Shown: piece after piece, positions 1 to 10,449 of the stretch | Position numbering within the stretch: position 1 is the first letter of the stretch | Layout: each line of letters starts with the position of its first letter | Source: Betaproteobacteria bacterium | Lineage (GTDB): Bacteria > Pseudomonadota > Gammaproteobacteria > Burkholderiales > SG8-39 | NCBI GenBank assembly: GCA_005881595.1 | Contig: VBBY01000001.1 | Coordinates: forward strand, 12,515-76,514 | Reading direction: 5' to 3' | DNA: 64,000 nt | Notes under the pieces: generated by a model | What the model was told of the DNA's origin: nothing | The model's input: only the letters and a program-made list of their open reading frames with translations | Databases searched by the model: none | Program-made: the position numbers and the translations under genes

Positions 1-230
1 AGATCGCGCCCGTGCTGGGATTTCAATGCGACACCCCAGCTTTTCCACAGTGCATGGATGCGAGGCGCGACGTGCAGCTGCACTTCACCGCAGCGCGCGG
101 CGAGGGCGGTGCGCACCGCCTGTCGCGTCAGCCGCGCCTGGAGGCGTGCCGCGCCCCATTCGCCAAGCCGGGGCACCAGGCGCGTCTTGACGCGGCCCGC
201 CAGCGGCGCGCGCGCGAAGACGATGACCAC
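1..230 (-). CDS. DUF2064 / TIGR04282-like 'transferase 1, rSAM/selenodomain-associated'; 5' part only, the gene runs off the left edge
   Basis: My translation of the minus strand from GTG at 230 gives VVIVFARAPLAGRVKTRLVPRLGEWGAARLQARLTRQAV..., which carries the FARxPxxGxVKTRL N-terminal signature of DUF2064. It begins 4 nt after the stop of the upstream GT2 gene. It is absent from the ORF track because the window edge truncates it. Confidence 0.6.
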   Translation of the reverse strand, partial: MVIVFARAPLAGRVKTRLVPRLGEWGAARLQARLTRQAVRTALAARCGEVQLHVAPRIHALWKSWGVALKSQHGRD

Positions 231-234
231 CGCG

Positions 235-902
235 TTACGGCTCGTTGGCGTAGAGGCGGGCAAGGACCTCCGGGCGAGCGCCAAGAAAATACATCAGCCG
301 CAGCCGCCACATGAGCACGATGGTGCGCGCCACGCCGCGCGACTCCCAGCGGCGCCCCGAGGTAACGACGCGCTGAGCAAGGCACGCTGGCGGCCCGGCG
401 CGCTTCATCGCCTTGCTGAAGGCGATGTCCTCCATCAAGGCAATCTCCGGAAATCCGCCGAAGGCGTCGCGCCGCACGAAGATCGCCTGGTCGCCGGTGG
501 CGATGCCGGTGAGCCGGGAGCGCAGGTTCATGGCGCAGCCAACGAGCTTCAGCAGCGGGTGCCGGGCGTCGATCTGCACGTCGAAGCGGCCCCAGACATG
601 GGTTCTCAGGGAAGACAGAATCATCTCGTCGGCCAAGGCAGGAAGCCGCGTGTCAGCATGCAGAAAAACGAGCGCGTCGCCGCGCGCTTCCCGCGCCCCG
701 GCATTCATCTGCAGCGCGCGCCCGCGCGGCGCCGCGATCACCCGGTCGCAAAGCGCGCGCGCGAGCTGCGGCGTGCCGTCGGCGCTGCCGCCGTCCACCA
801 CGATGACCTCGTGGCCGCGCCGGCGCAGCGGCTCGAGCGCCTGCAGGGCCGCCGCGATGCCCCGCGCCTCGTTCAGCGCCGGGACGACGACGGAAAGCCG
901 GA

Positions 903-918
<16 letters not shown>
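235..918 (-). CDS. Family 2 glycosyltransferase (TIGR04283-like 'transferase 2, rSAM/selenodomain-associated')
   Basis: C-terminal 227 aa of ORF 235..1554, from the internal ATG (MDARLIRLSVVVPALNEARGI...VIVVDGGSADGT...FLHADT...). These are GT2 motifs. The part of the ORF upstream of this ATG overlaps the oxidoreductase gene and is Arg-rich shadow sequence. Confidence 0.75.
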
Positions 919-3046
<2,128 letters not shown>

Positions 3047-3050
<4 letters not shown>

Positions 3051-4009
3051 GCGGCAAGCGCGCCGCCGCACGACGACCCCTGCCCCGCGGTGCAGCCATA
3101 GCAGTGGTCGCGCACGGCGATCGGGTTGCCGGCGAGATCGCGTCCGATCAGGTCCGAAAGATGCGGGCGCCTGCGGCCTTCGAGCCGCAGCGGCAGCCCC
3201 AGCATCTGGTTGAAATCGCAGTCGTAGACGTAGCCCTGCCAGTCGACCGAGAGCAGCGTGCGGCACATCACGCCCTCGAGGTTGTCGGCGCGGTGCGAGC
3301 GGTGCAGCAGCGCCATGTACTCGTTGAACTGGCCCTTGGAGATCAGCGTCGAGCCGAAGCGCTGGATCGGCATGTTGGCGAGCGTGTAGAGGCGATTGAA
3401 CACGATGCCGAAGCGCTCGCCCAGGACCCGTTTGTAATCGAGCTCGAGCTTATCCTGCGCCGGCGGCAGGGTCGGCCCTTGCGGGTTGTAGACAAGATTG
3501 AGAATCAGCTGGTCATCCGTACCGTAGCCAAGGGCATTCAACCGCTTGAGAGCGCTGATGCTCTTGTCGTACACGCCTTTGCCGCGCTGGCGGTCGACCA
3601 GCTCCTCGGTGTAGCACGGCAGGGACGCGATCACCTCGACCTGCCGGGAGGCGAGGAACTCTGCGAGATCCGCCTGGCCCGGCTCCTCGAGGATCGTCAG
3701 GTTGCAGCGGTCGATGACGTGCACTCCCAGCTCCCGCGCGCGCACGACCAGCTCCCGGAAATGGGCATTCAGCTCCGGCGCTCCGCCGGTGATGTCGAGG
3801 ATCCGGATCGAAGACATGCCGATGAACGCGACGACGTCGGCCAGGGTCTCGCGCGACATCTCCTCGGTGCGCTGCGGGCCTGCGTTGACGTGGCAGTGCA
3901 CGCAGGTCTGGTTGCATCGGTACCCGACATTGACCTGCAGGGTTTCGAGGCGGCGGCGCTGGATGGCCGGAAAGCCGAAATGCCGCATCAAAGGCAGGGT
4001 GGCATGCAT
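3047..4009 (-). CDS. arsS: Radical SAM / Cys-rich domain protein of the ArsS (arsenosugar biosynthesis, TIGR04167) family
   Basis: ORF 3047..4048. LETLQVNVGYRCNQTCVHCHVNAGP contains the CxxxCxxC radical SAM motif. The C-terminal tail HCYGCTAGQGSSCGGALAA is the family hallmark (the Cys is Sec in selenoprotein members). The start at the second Met (MHATLPLMRHFGFPAIQ) lies 4 nt after the upstream stop. Confidence 0.8.
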
Positions 4010-4013
4010 GGTC

Positions 4014-4556
4014 TTAAAGGATGTTGACTGCGCCCGGCGACTGCTCATCGAGCAGTCCCAGCAACCGCTGGCTCGTGGCGCGCAGGCGCTGCGAGAGCAT
4101 GAGGACCAGCTCCATCAGGATCTTGGCGCCGAGCAGCGGCTGCTCGACGATGATGCGGGCCAGGCTCTCGCGGTGGAGCACGGCGATCAGCGTCGGCTCT
4201 GCCGCGACGCAGGTGGCGAAGCGCGCCTCGCCGTCGATCATCGACATCTCGCCGAGCGTCCTTCCGCCTTCGACCACCGCCAGCGTCTGCGGCGTGTTCC
4301 AGCGGTCGCGCTTCTGCACCTCGACCTTGCCTTCGACGACCATCAGCATGAAATCGCCGCCGTCGCCTTCCTGGATGATTTCAACGCCCGGCTCGGCGCG
4401 GTACATCTCCATGAAATGCGCCAGCAGAAGCACCTCCGCCGGAGAGAAGTTCTCCAGCAGCGCGCAGCGGGGAATGAGCGCGTGCATCTGGCCCGCGAAC
4501 TTGGTGGCGTCGCCGAGAGGTTCGAGGTGCGCGAGCTGTGGCGGGGAATCAGGCAT
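4014..4556 (-). CDS. Stand-alone cyclic-nucleotide-binding (CAP effector) domain protein
   Basis: 180 aa. ..FSPAEVLLLAHFMEMYRAEPGVEIIQEGDGGDFMLMVVEGKVEV...RTLGEMSMIDGEARFATCVA.. matches the cNMP-binding beta-barrel pattern (GE..ld...RsAt). No HTH or other output domain follows. Confidence 0.75.
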   Translation of the reverse strand: MPDSPPQLAHLEPLGDATKFAGQMHALIPRCALLENFSPAEVLLLAHFMEMYRAEPGVEIIQEGDGGDFMLMVVEGKVEVQKRDRWNTPQTLAVVEGGRTLGEMSMIDGEARFATCVAAEPTLIAVLHRESLARIIVEQPLLGAKILMELVLMLSQRLRATSQRLLGLLDEQSPGAVNIL

Positions 4557-4586
4557 ACGCTCGGCGGCAATTATGCCGAATCCCGG

Positions 4587-5696
4587 CTACTTGCGGTGCT
4601 TGCGGCGCTGCTTCACTCCCTGCGCCAGCGCGTCGAGGACCTGCACCGAGTCGTCCCAGCCGAGGCAGGCGTCAGTGATGCTCTGGCCGAAGCGCAGCGG
4701 CTCGCCCGGTTCCAGCTCCTGGCGCCCTTCCACCAGGTGCGACTCGACCATCACTCCCACGATGCGCTTCTCGCCACCGGCGAGCTGCCTGGCGATGTCG
4801 GCTGCGACGTCGGCCTGGCGCTGGTACTGCTTGGCGGCGTTGGCGTGCGAGCAGTCGATCATCAGCCGCTGCGGCAGCTTGGCGCGCTCGAGCTCCTCGC
4901 AGGCCGCCTGCACGCTCGCCGCGTCGTAGTTCGGCTGCTTGCCGCCACGCAGGATGATGTGGCAGTCGTCGTTGCCGCGCGTCTGCACGATCGCCACCTG
5001 ACCGCTCTTGTGCACCGACAGAAAATGGTGCTTCTGGCGCGCGGCGAGGACCGCGTCCACGGCGATTCTCACGTTCCCGTCGGTGCCGTTCTTGAAGCCG
5101 ACCGGCGCCGACAGGCCGGATGCCAGCTCGCGATGTACCTGGCTTTCAGTAGTGCGCGCGCCGATCGCGCCCCAGGACACCAGGTCGCCGATGTACTGCG
5201 GCGAGATCACGTCGAGGAACTCGCAGCCGGCGGGCATTCCGGCCCGGTTGATGCGCACCAGCAGGTCGCGCGCGATGCGCAGCCCCTCGTTGATGCGGAA
5301 GCTGCCGTCGAGGTAAGGATCGTTGATCAGGCCTTTCCAGCCCACCGTGGTGCGCGGCTTCTCGAAGTACACGCGCATCAGCAGCTCGAGCTCGTCGCCG
5401 TGACGCCTTCTTTCCTTCTCGAGTTTTCCTGCGTATTCCAGCGCCGCGAGAGGATCGTGGATCGAGCACGGCCCCATCACTACCAGCAGCCGGTCGCCGC
5501 GGCCGTGCAGGATCTGGCGCACGCTGCGGCGCGTCTCGCTGATCAGGCTCTCGACCGGCGTGCCCTGGATCGGAAAGAAGCGGATCAGGTGCTCGGGCGG
5601 CGGCAGCGGGACGATGTTCTCGATGCGCTCGTCGTCGGTGAGCGAGGTCTTGTCGGCTGGCACCGCGGCGAGATAGTTGTCGAGTGGCGTAGTCAT
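4587..5696 (-). CDS. aroG: 3-deoxy-7-phosphoheptulonate (DAHP) synthase, class I alpha
   Basis: 369 aa. LLVVMGPCSIHD, KPRTTVGWKGLINDP and IGARTTESQVHRELASGL are typical AroF/G/H motifs. The isozyme call (Phe-sensitive) is inferred only from the Phe-rich leader upstream. Confidence 0.9.
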   Translation of the reverse strand: MTTPLDNYLAAVPADKTSLTDDERIENIVPLPPPEHLIRFFPIQGTPVESLISETRRSVRQILHGRGDRLLVVMGPCSIHDPLAALEYAGKLEKERRRHGDELELLMRVYFEKPRTTVGWKGLINDPYLDGSFRINEGLRIARDLLVRINRAGMPAGCEFLDVISPQYIGDLVSWGAIGARTTESQVHRELASGLSAPVGFKNGTDGNVRIAVDAVLAARQKHHFLSVHKSGQVAIVQTRGNDDCHIILRGGKQPNYDAASVQAACEELERAKLPQRLMIDCSHANAAKQYQRQADVAADIARQLAGGEKRIVGVMVESHLVEGRQELEPGEPLRFGQSITDACLGWDDSVQVLDALAQGVKQRRKHRK

Positions 5697-5710
5697 CGCT
5701 TTTCCTTCCC

Positions 5711-5748
5711 AAAAACAAAAACCGCCAGACCTTTCGGCTGGCGGTTTT
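5711..5748 (-). terminator. Rho-independent terminator / attenuator hairpin in the DAHP synthase leader
   Basis: Minus-strand RNA reads AAAACCGCCAGCC-GAAA-GGUCUGGCGGUUUUUGUUUUU. That is a 7+2 bp stem with one bulged U, a GAAA tetraloop and a U-run. It ends 15 nt before the aroG ATG (RBS GGAAGGA). Confidence 0.6.
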
Positions 5749-5770
5749 CGCAGGATCCTAGGGGCTGAGC

Positions 5771-5851
5771 TTAGCCGGTCCCGTCCGCCAGCAGGCAGGG
5801 GAAGAAGTAAAAGCCGAAAAAGAACCGGGTCATAGCGGTGGATTCAAACAT
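5771..5851 (-). CDS. Putative Phe-rich leader peptide (26 aa; alternative start at 5833 gives 20 aa)
   Basis: Minus-strand ORF atg ttt gaa tcc acc gct atg acc cgg ttc ttt ttc ggc ttt tac ttc ttc ccc tgc ctg ctg gcg gac ggg acc ggc taa translates to MFESTAMTRFFFGFYFFPCLLADGTG. Seven of eight consecutive codons are Phe or Tyr. It lies between the thioesterase stop and the terminator hairpin. No strong SD is visible. Confidence 0.55.
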   Translation of the reverse strand: MFESTAMTRFFFGFYFFPCLLADGTG

Positions 5852-5867
5852 GCTTTCGCTGCGCTGT

Positions 5868-6284
5868 CTACTTCGGCCAAAGCACCATCTGCGTACAGCG
5901 AAACAGCGCGATCCTGGCGCCGCTTGCCTCGAGCGTCACGACGGCGTCCCAGACCTGCGTGGTGCGTCCCAGGTGGACCGGCGTCGCGCGGCAAAGAATC
6001 GCGCCTTCACGCGCGGTACCGAGGAAGTTCGCCTTCAGCTCTATGGTAGTGAAGCCGCTTGCGCCTTCCGGCAGCCGCGAGATGCAGCCGTAGCCGCAGC
6101 TCGTGTCGGCGAGCGCGATCACGGATGCGGCGTGCAAGAAGCCGTTCGGCGCCATCACTTCCTTGCGCACCGGCATCCGGCTCGCCACCGCCTCGGGCGT
6201 GATTGTGAGAATTTCCACACCGACCAGCCCCGGAAGATGGCCTTTGCCGAAACCATTGAAGTACTCGGGCGTTGTAGTAGCCAT
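5868..6284 (-). CDS. PaaI-family hotdog-fold thioesterase
   Basis: 138 aa. ..NGFLHAASVIALADTSCGYG...IELKANFLGTAREG...GRTTQVWDAVV.. is the PaaI/YbgC-like 4HBT pattern. Confidence 0.8.
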   Translation of the reverse strand: MATTTPEYFNGFGKGHLPGLVGVEILTITPEAVASRMPVRKEVMAPNGFLHAASVIALADTSCGYGCISRLPEGASGFTTIELKANFLGTAREGAILCRATPVHLGRTTQVWDAVVTLEASGARIALFRCTQMVLWPK

Positions 6285-6381
6285 GCCGGAGTACTTTACC
6301 GGATTAGCACTCTGGATGGCCGGCTGCCAGCCGCACGGTTTGCTGACTCAGACGCATCATGCTAAGAAGGTGGGTGACAAC

Positions 6382-7350
6382 ATGTCTGCTAGCGTGACTA
6401 TTCCGATCGCGGGCTTCAAGGACGTCTACGACGTGCCGAGCGTCGAAAAGGCCCTGCAGGAGCTTTCCCCCACGGCGAACGAAGCGCTGCGCGCGCTCTA
6501 CGAGAAGATGCTGCGCCTCGGGGGTCAGCGCTTCACGGTGAAGCCCTCGGCGCTGCCCGAGATGGAAACGCTGTTCGAGGAGCTGCCGAACTTCGGCGAA
6601 GCGCTGGAGGACATCCGCAAGCACCTCGCGCTGTGCATCGATTCCGACGACTCGATCGAGCTGCCGCCGATGCTGCTGCTCGGCGAGCCGGGCATCGGCA
6701 AGACCCATTTCGCGCGCAAGATCGCGCAGCTCCTGGGCACGGGCTTCGGCTTCGTGCCGATGAGCTCGCTCACCGCCGGCTGGGTGCTCTCGGGCGCTTC
6801 CTCGCAGTGGAAGAATGCCAAGCCGGGCAAGGTGTTCGACACCTTCCTCAACGGCGACTACGCCAACCCGGTGATCGTGGTCGACGAGCTGGACAAGGCG
6901 AGCTCCGACGGCCAGTACGACCCCCTGGGCGCGCTCTACGAGCTGCTCGAGGTCGAGACCTCGACGCGCTTCGTCGACGAGTTCGTCGAGCTGCCGATCG
7001 ACGCCTCGGGCGCGCTCTGGCTGGCGACCGCCAACGATGCGGCGCGCATCCCCGACCCCCTGCTCAACCGTCTCAGCATCTACGAGATCGAGGCGCCGGA
7101 CGCGGCCGGCTCGGCGCGCATCGCCGCTACCATCTACCGCGAGATCCGCAGCACGCACGATTGGGGGCGGCAGTTCCCCGAGTCGCTCTCGCCATTGGCC
7201 CTGGAGAAGCTGGCGTCGCTGCCGCCGCGCGAGATGCGGCGCATGGTCCACTCGGCATTTGGCAACGCGAAGCTCGCCGGGCGCGGCGAAATCGGCCCGG
7301 ATGACCTCCAAGACGCGCGCGGCGCGAGGAAGACGCGGATCGGGTTCTGA
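6382..7350 (+). CDS. AAA+ ATPase resembling the Lon ATPase module, with no protease or Lon N-domain
   Basis: ORF 6103..7350 from internal Met94 (MSASVTIPIAG..., RBS AAGAAGG). The portion before it is antisense to the thioesterase gene. Walker A is LLLGEPGIGKTHFA and Walker B is VIVVDELDK. DPLGALYELLEVETSTRFVDEFVELPIDASGALWLATAN...IPDPLLNRLSIYEI parallels E. coli Lon DPASALLEVLDPEQN..FSDHYLEVDYDLSDVMFVATSN..IPAPLLDRMEVIRL. Confidence 0.75.
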   Translation: MSASVTIPIAGFKDVYDVPSVEKALQELSPTANEALRALYEKMLRLGGQRFTVKPSALPEMETLFEELPNFGEALEDIRKHLALCIDSDDSIELPPMLLLGEPGIGKTHFARKIAQLLGTGFGFVPMSSLTAGWVLSGASSQWKNAKPGKVFDTFLNGDYANPVIVVDELDKASSDGQYDPLGALYELLEVETSTRFVDEFVELPIDASGALWLATANDAARIPDPLLNRLSIYEIEAPDAAGSARIAATIYREIRSTHDWGRQFPESLSPLALEKLASLPPREMRRMVHSAFGNAKLAGRGEIGPDDLQDARGARKTRIGF

Positions 7351-7358
7351 GACGCGCC

Positions 7359-9974
7359 TTACACGCGCTGCTCGACCCAGGACTTCACGGATTGCAGAGC
7401 GACAGGTAGATTGCCGGGCTGCGTGCCTCCGGCCTGGGCCATGTCGGGCCGGCCGCCACCCTTGCCGCCGACCTGCTGCGCCACGAAATTCACCAGCTCG
7501 CCGGCTTTCACCTTGGCGGTGAGATCTGCCGTAACCCCGGCTATCAGCGATACCTTGCCGTCGGCGACCGAGCCGAGGACGATCGCCGCCGACTTGAGCC
7601 GGTGTTTGAGCTTGTCCATGGTCTCGCGCAGGGTCTTCGCATCGGCGCCCTCGAGAGTGGCGGCCAGCACTTTGGCGCCCTTCACGTCGACCGCCTGCGC
7701 GGCAAGGTCCTCGCCCTGGCTCGCCGCCAGCTTCGACTTGAGTCGCGCCAGCTCCCTCTCGAGCGCGCGCTTTTCCTCGCGCTCGGCCCTGAGCTTGTCC
7801 TTCAGCGCCGCGCCCTTGGCCTGGAGAAAATCCTCCACGAAACCCTTGTCCTGCTCCATCTGCTGCACCCAGGCGAGCGCGCCCTCGCCGGTCACCGCCT
7901 CGATGCGGCGGATCCCGGCCGCCACGCCCGACTCAGACACGATCTTGAAGAAGCCGATCTCGCCGGTGCGCCGCACGTGCGTGCCGCCGCACAGCTCGGT
8001 CGAGAACTCGCCCATCGTGAGCACTCGTACTTCGTCGCCGTACTTGTCGCCGAAGAAGGCGAGCGCGCCGGCGCGCATCGCATCGTCGTATTTCATGATC
8101 CGCGCCGTCACCTCGTCGTTGCGCTGGATCGCGGCGTTCACCAGCGCCTCGACCCGAGCGATCTCCTCCGCGGTCAGCGGCCTGGGATGCGAGAAGTCGA
8201 AGCGCGTGCGCTGCGCGTCGACCAGCGAACCCTTCTGCTCGACATGCTTGCCGAGCACCTGACGCAGCGCCGCGTGCATGAGGTGCGTGGCGGAATGGTT
8301 CCACATCGCGCGCTGCCGCGACGCCTTGTCCACCTGCGCGTCCAGCGTATCGCCGACACGTAGCACGCCGGTGCGCTGCCTGCCGTGATGGCCGAACACC
8401 TCAGCCTGGATCTTCTGCGTATCGTCGACCGCGAACGTGCCGGCGGGACCGGCCAGCTCGCCGCGATCGCCGACCTGCCCTCCCGACTCGGCGTAGAACG
8501 GCGTGCGCTCGAGCACCACCACCCCCGCATCGCCCGCGCGCAGCTCCTGCGCCGGCGTGCCTTCGCGGTAAAGCGCTGCCACGCGGGCGCGCAGCGCCAG
8601 CGTATCGTAGCCAAGGAACTCGGTCTTGCTGCCCGAGTATTCGAGCCCGCTCGCCACGGAGAAGCGCGAGGCGGCGCGCGCCCGCTCGCGCTGCTGCTCC
8701 ATGGCCGCCTCGAACCCCGCCATGTCGATGCGCACGCCGCGCTCGCGGCCGATATCGGCAGTGAGGTCGACGGGAAACCCGTAGGTGTCGTAGAGGCGGA
8801 ATACCGTGTCGCCGTCGAGCAGCTTTTCGCCCGAGGCGAGCGCCGACTCGAGGACCGCCATGCCGTTCTGCAGCGTCTCGGCGAAGCGCTCCTCTTCCTG
8901 CCGCAAGACCTGCTCGACCTTCCCCTTCGACGCCCGCAGCTCGGGATAGGCGTCTCCCATCGCCTTGTTGAGATCGGCGACGAGCCGGTGGAAGAACGGT
9001 TGCGTCTGGCCGAGCTTGTAGCCGTGCCGGATGGCGCGCCGGATGATCCGCCGCAGCACGTACCCCCGCCCCTCGTTGCCCGGGATCACTCCGTCGACGA
9101 TCAGGAACGAGCAGGCGCGGATGTGATCGGCGATGACGTTGAGCGAAGGGTTCTCGAGATCCTTCTGGTGCGTCTCGCGCGCTGCCCCTCTGATCAGGTC
9201 CTGGAACAGGTCGATCTCGTAGTTCGAGTGCTTGCCCTGCATCACGGCGGCCATGCGCTCAAGACCCATGCCGGTATCGACCGAGGGCTTCGGCAGGGGC
9301 TGCATGACTCCGGCTTCATCGCGGTTGAACTGCATGAACACCAGGTTCCAGATCTCGATGTAGCGGTCGCCGTCCGCATCCGGTGATCCCGGCGGTCCGC
9401 CTTCGATGCCCGGCCCGTGGTCGTAGAAGATCTCGCTGCACGGGCCGCAGGGGCCGGTATCGGCCATTTGCCAGAAGTTGTCGGACTGGTATTTCTGCCC
9501 GCCGGGCTTGTCGCCGATGCGGACCACGCGCTCTCTCGGCAGGCCCACCATCCTGGTCCACAGGCCGTAGGCCTCGTCGTCGGTGTGATAGACGGTCGCC
9601 CACAAGCGCTCCGGCGGGAGCTTGAAGATCTTGGTGAGCAGCTCCCAGGCGAACCCGATGGCGTCCTGCTTGAAGTAGTCGCCGAAGGAGAAGTTGCCGA
9701 GCATCTCGAAGAACGTGTGATGCCGCGCGGTATAGCCGACGTTCTCCAGATCGTTGTGCTTGCCGCCTGCGCGGAGCGAGCGTTGCGAGCTTACCGCCCG
9801 CACGTAAGGCCGCCTTTCCTTGCCGAGGAACACGTCCTTGAACTGCACCATCCCGGAGTTCACGAACAGCAGCGTCGGGTCGTTCACCGGCACGAGCGAG
9901 CTCGAAGGCACCACGGCGTGGCCCTGCGAGCGGAAATAGTCGAGAAACGTCGAGCGAATCTCGCTTGACTTCAT
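7359..9974 (-). CDS. alaS: Alanine--tRNA ligase
   Basis: 871 aa. It has class II aaRS motifs, the editing-domain HxxxH/CxxxH region ([17 protein letters not shown]) and a C-terminal DHHA1-like domain. Confidence 0.97.
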   Translation of the reverse strand: MKSSEIRSTFLDYFRSQGHAVVPSSSLVPVNDPTLLFVNSGMVQFKDVFLGKERRPYVRAVSSQRSLRAGGKHNDLENVGYTARHHTFFEMLGNFSFGDYFKQDAIGFAWELLTKIFKLPPERLWATVYHTDDEAYGLWTRMVGLPRERVVRIGDKPGGQKYQSDNFWQMADTGPCGPCSEIFYDHGPGIEGGPPGSPDADGDRYIEIWNLVFMQFNRDEAGVMQPLPKPSVDTGMGLERMAAVMQGKHSNYEIDLFQDLIRGAARETHQKDLENPSLNVIADHIRACSFLIVDGVIPGNEGRGYVLRRIIRRAIRHGYKLGQTQPFFHRLVADLNKAMGDAYPELRASKGKVEQVLRQEEERFAETLQNGMAVLESALASGEKLLDGDTVFRLYDTYGFPVDLTADIGRERGVRIDMAGFEAAMEQQRERARAASRFSVASGLEYSGSKTEFLGYDTLALRARVAALYREGTPAQELRAGDAGVVVLERTPFYAESGGQVGDRGELAGPAGTFAVDDTQKIQAEVFGHHGRQRTGVLRVGDTLDAQVDKASRQRAMWNHSATHLMHAALRQVLGKHVEQKGSLVDAQRTRFDFSHPRPLTAEEIARVEALVNAAIQRNDEVTARIMKYDDAMRAGALAFFGDKYGDEVRVLTMGEFSTELCGGTHVRRTGEIGFFKIVSESGVAAGIRRIEAVTGEGALAWVQQMEQDKGFVEDFLQAKGAALKDKLRAEREEKRALERELARLKSKLAASQGEDLAAQAVDVKGAKVLAATLEGADAKTLRETMDKLKHRLKSAAIVLGSVADGKVSLIAGVTADLTAKVKAGELVNFVAQQVGGKGGGRPDMAQAGGTQPGNLPVALQSVKSWVEQRV

Positions 9975-9996
9975 CGGGCCATTCTACTGCAGTGCG

Positions 9997-10030
9997 AAAA
10001 AACCCCGGGGCGCCGGCCAGCCGCCCCGGG
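9997..10030 (-). terminator. GC-rich hairpin plus U-run; terminator of the 115-aa gene, sitting 23 nt upstream of the alaS ATG
   Basis: Minus strand reads CCCGGGGCG-GCUGGCCGG-CGCCCCGGG followed by GUUUUUUCGC. It is a 9-bp all-GC stem. Confidence 0.5.
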
Positions 10031-10040
10031 ACCTGTGCTG

Positions 10041-10388
10041 CTAGGCGTTGATGCGGCCGTATTTCAATAGCCGCGCGCGCACCGCCCCCATCGTTCTTTC
10101 ATGCGCCGCCGCCAGCTCCTGCAGCGCACGCCCCGCGTCGAAGGCGGCGAGGAGCTTGCGGTCCTCGTCTTCGGACCACGGCTCGCCGGTCTTCTGCGGC
10201 AGCTGCGCCTTGCGGCGCTCGAAGCGCTCGATGCGCTCGAGCGCACTCGCCGCCTCGTAGAGCGCGCGCACCACCAGCGGCCTCTGATAGGCGCTTTCCG
10301 CCGGGAATACCTCGCCGCTCTCAGGATCTACGCCGTTCGCCAGCGAACGCACCACCGCCAATGCCTGTGTTGAATCCATGCCGATCAC
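10041..10388 (-). CDS. Hypothetical protein (115 aa) with a C-terminal Myb/SANT-like helical segment; putative SOS regulon member
   Basis: High GC3 in this frame. EPWSEDEDRKLLAAFDAGRALQELAAAHERTMGAVRARL resembles a Myb/SANT or sigma-r4-like HTH. A LexA-box copy lies 28 nt upstream of the GTG start. Confidence 0.6.
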   Translation of the reverse strand: MIGMDSTQALAVVRSLANGVDPESGEVFPAESAYQRPLVVRALYEAASALERIERFERRKAQLPQKTGEPWSEDEDRKLLAAFDAGRALQELAAAHERTMGAVRARLLKYGRINA

Positions 10389-10415
10389 CCCCTCTCCACG
10401 CTATCGCGTGCAGGG

Positions 10416-10431
10416 ATGAACGTTTATACAG
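10416..10431 (-). promoter_or_regulatory. Putative LexA (SOS) box
   Basis: The minus strand reads CTGTATAAACGTTCAT. The 19-mer GATACTGTATAAACGTTCA is identical to the box upstream of recA. Confidence 0.6.
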
Positions 10432-10449
10432 TATCAGCGGATGACAGCG

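Noticed and set aside
3702-5768. A 688-aa plus-strand ORF spanning the arsS, cNMP-binding and aroG region.
   Set aside because: It is antisense to three genes with clear family motifs. Its translation is Arg/Ala/Leu/His-rich with no recognisable domain, which is typical of a high-GC shadow ORF.
5838-6365. A 175-aa plus-strand ORF covering the leader region and the thioesterase gene.
   Set aside because: It is antisense to a clear PaaI thioesterase and shows no motifs. Only its start coordinate was useful, for anchoring the leader peptide position.
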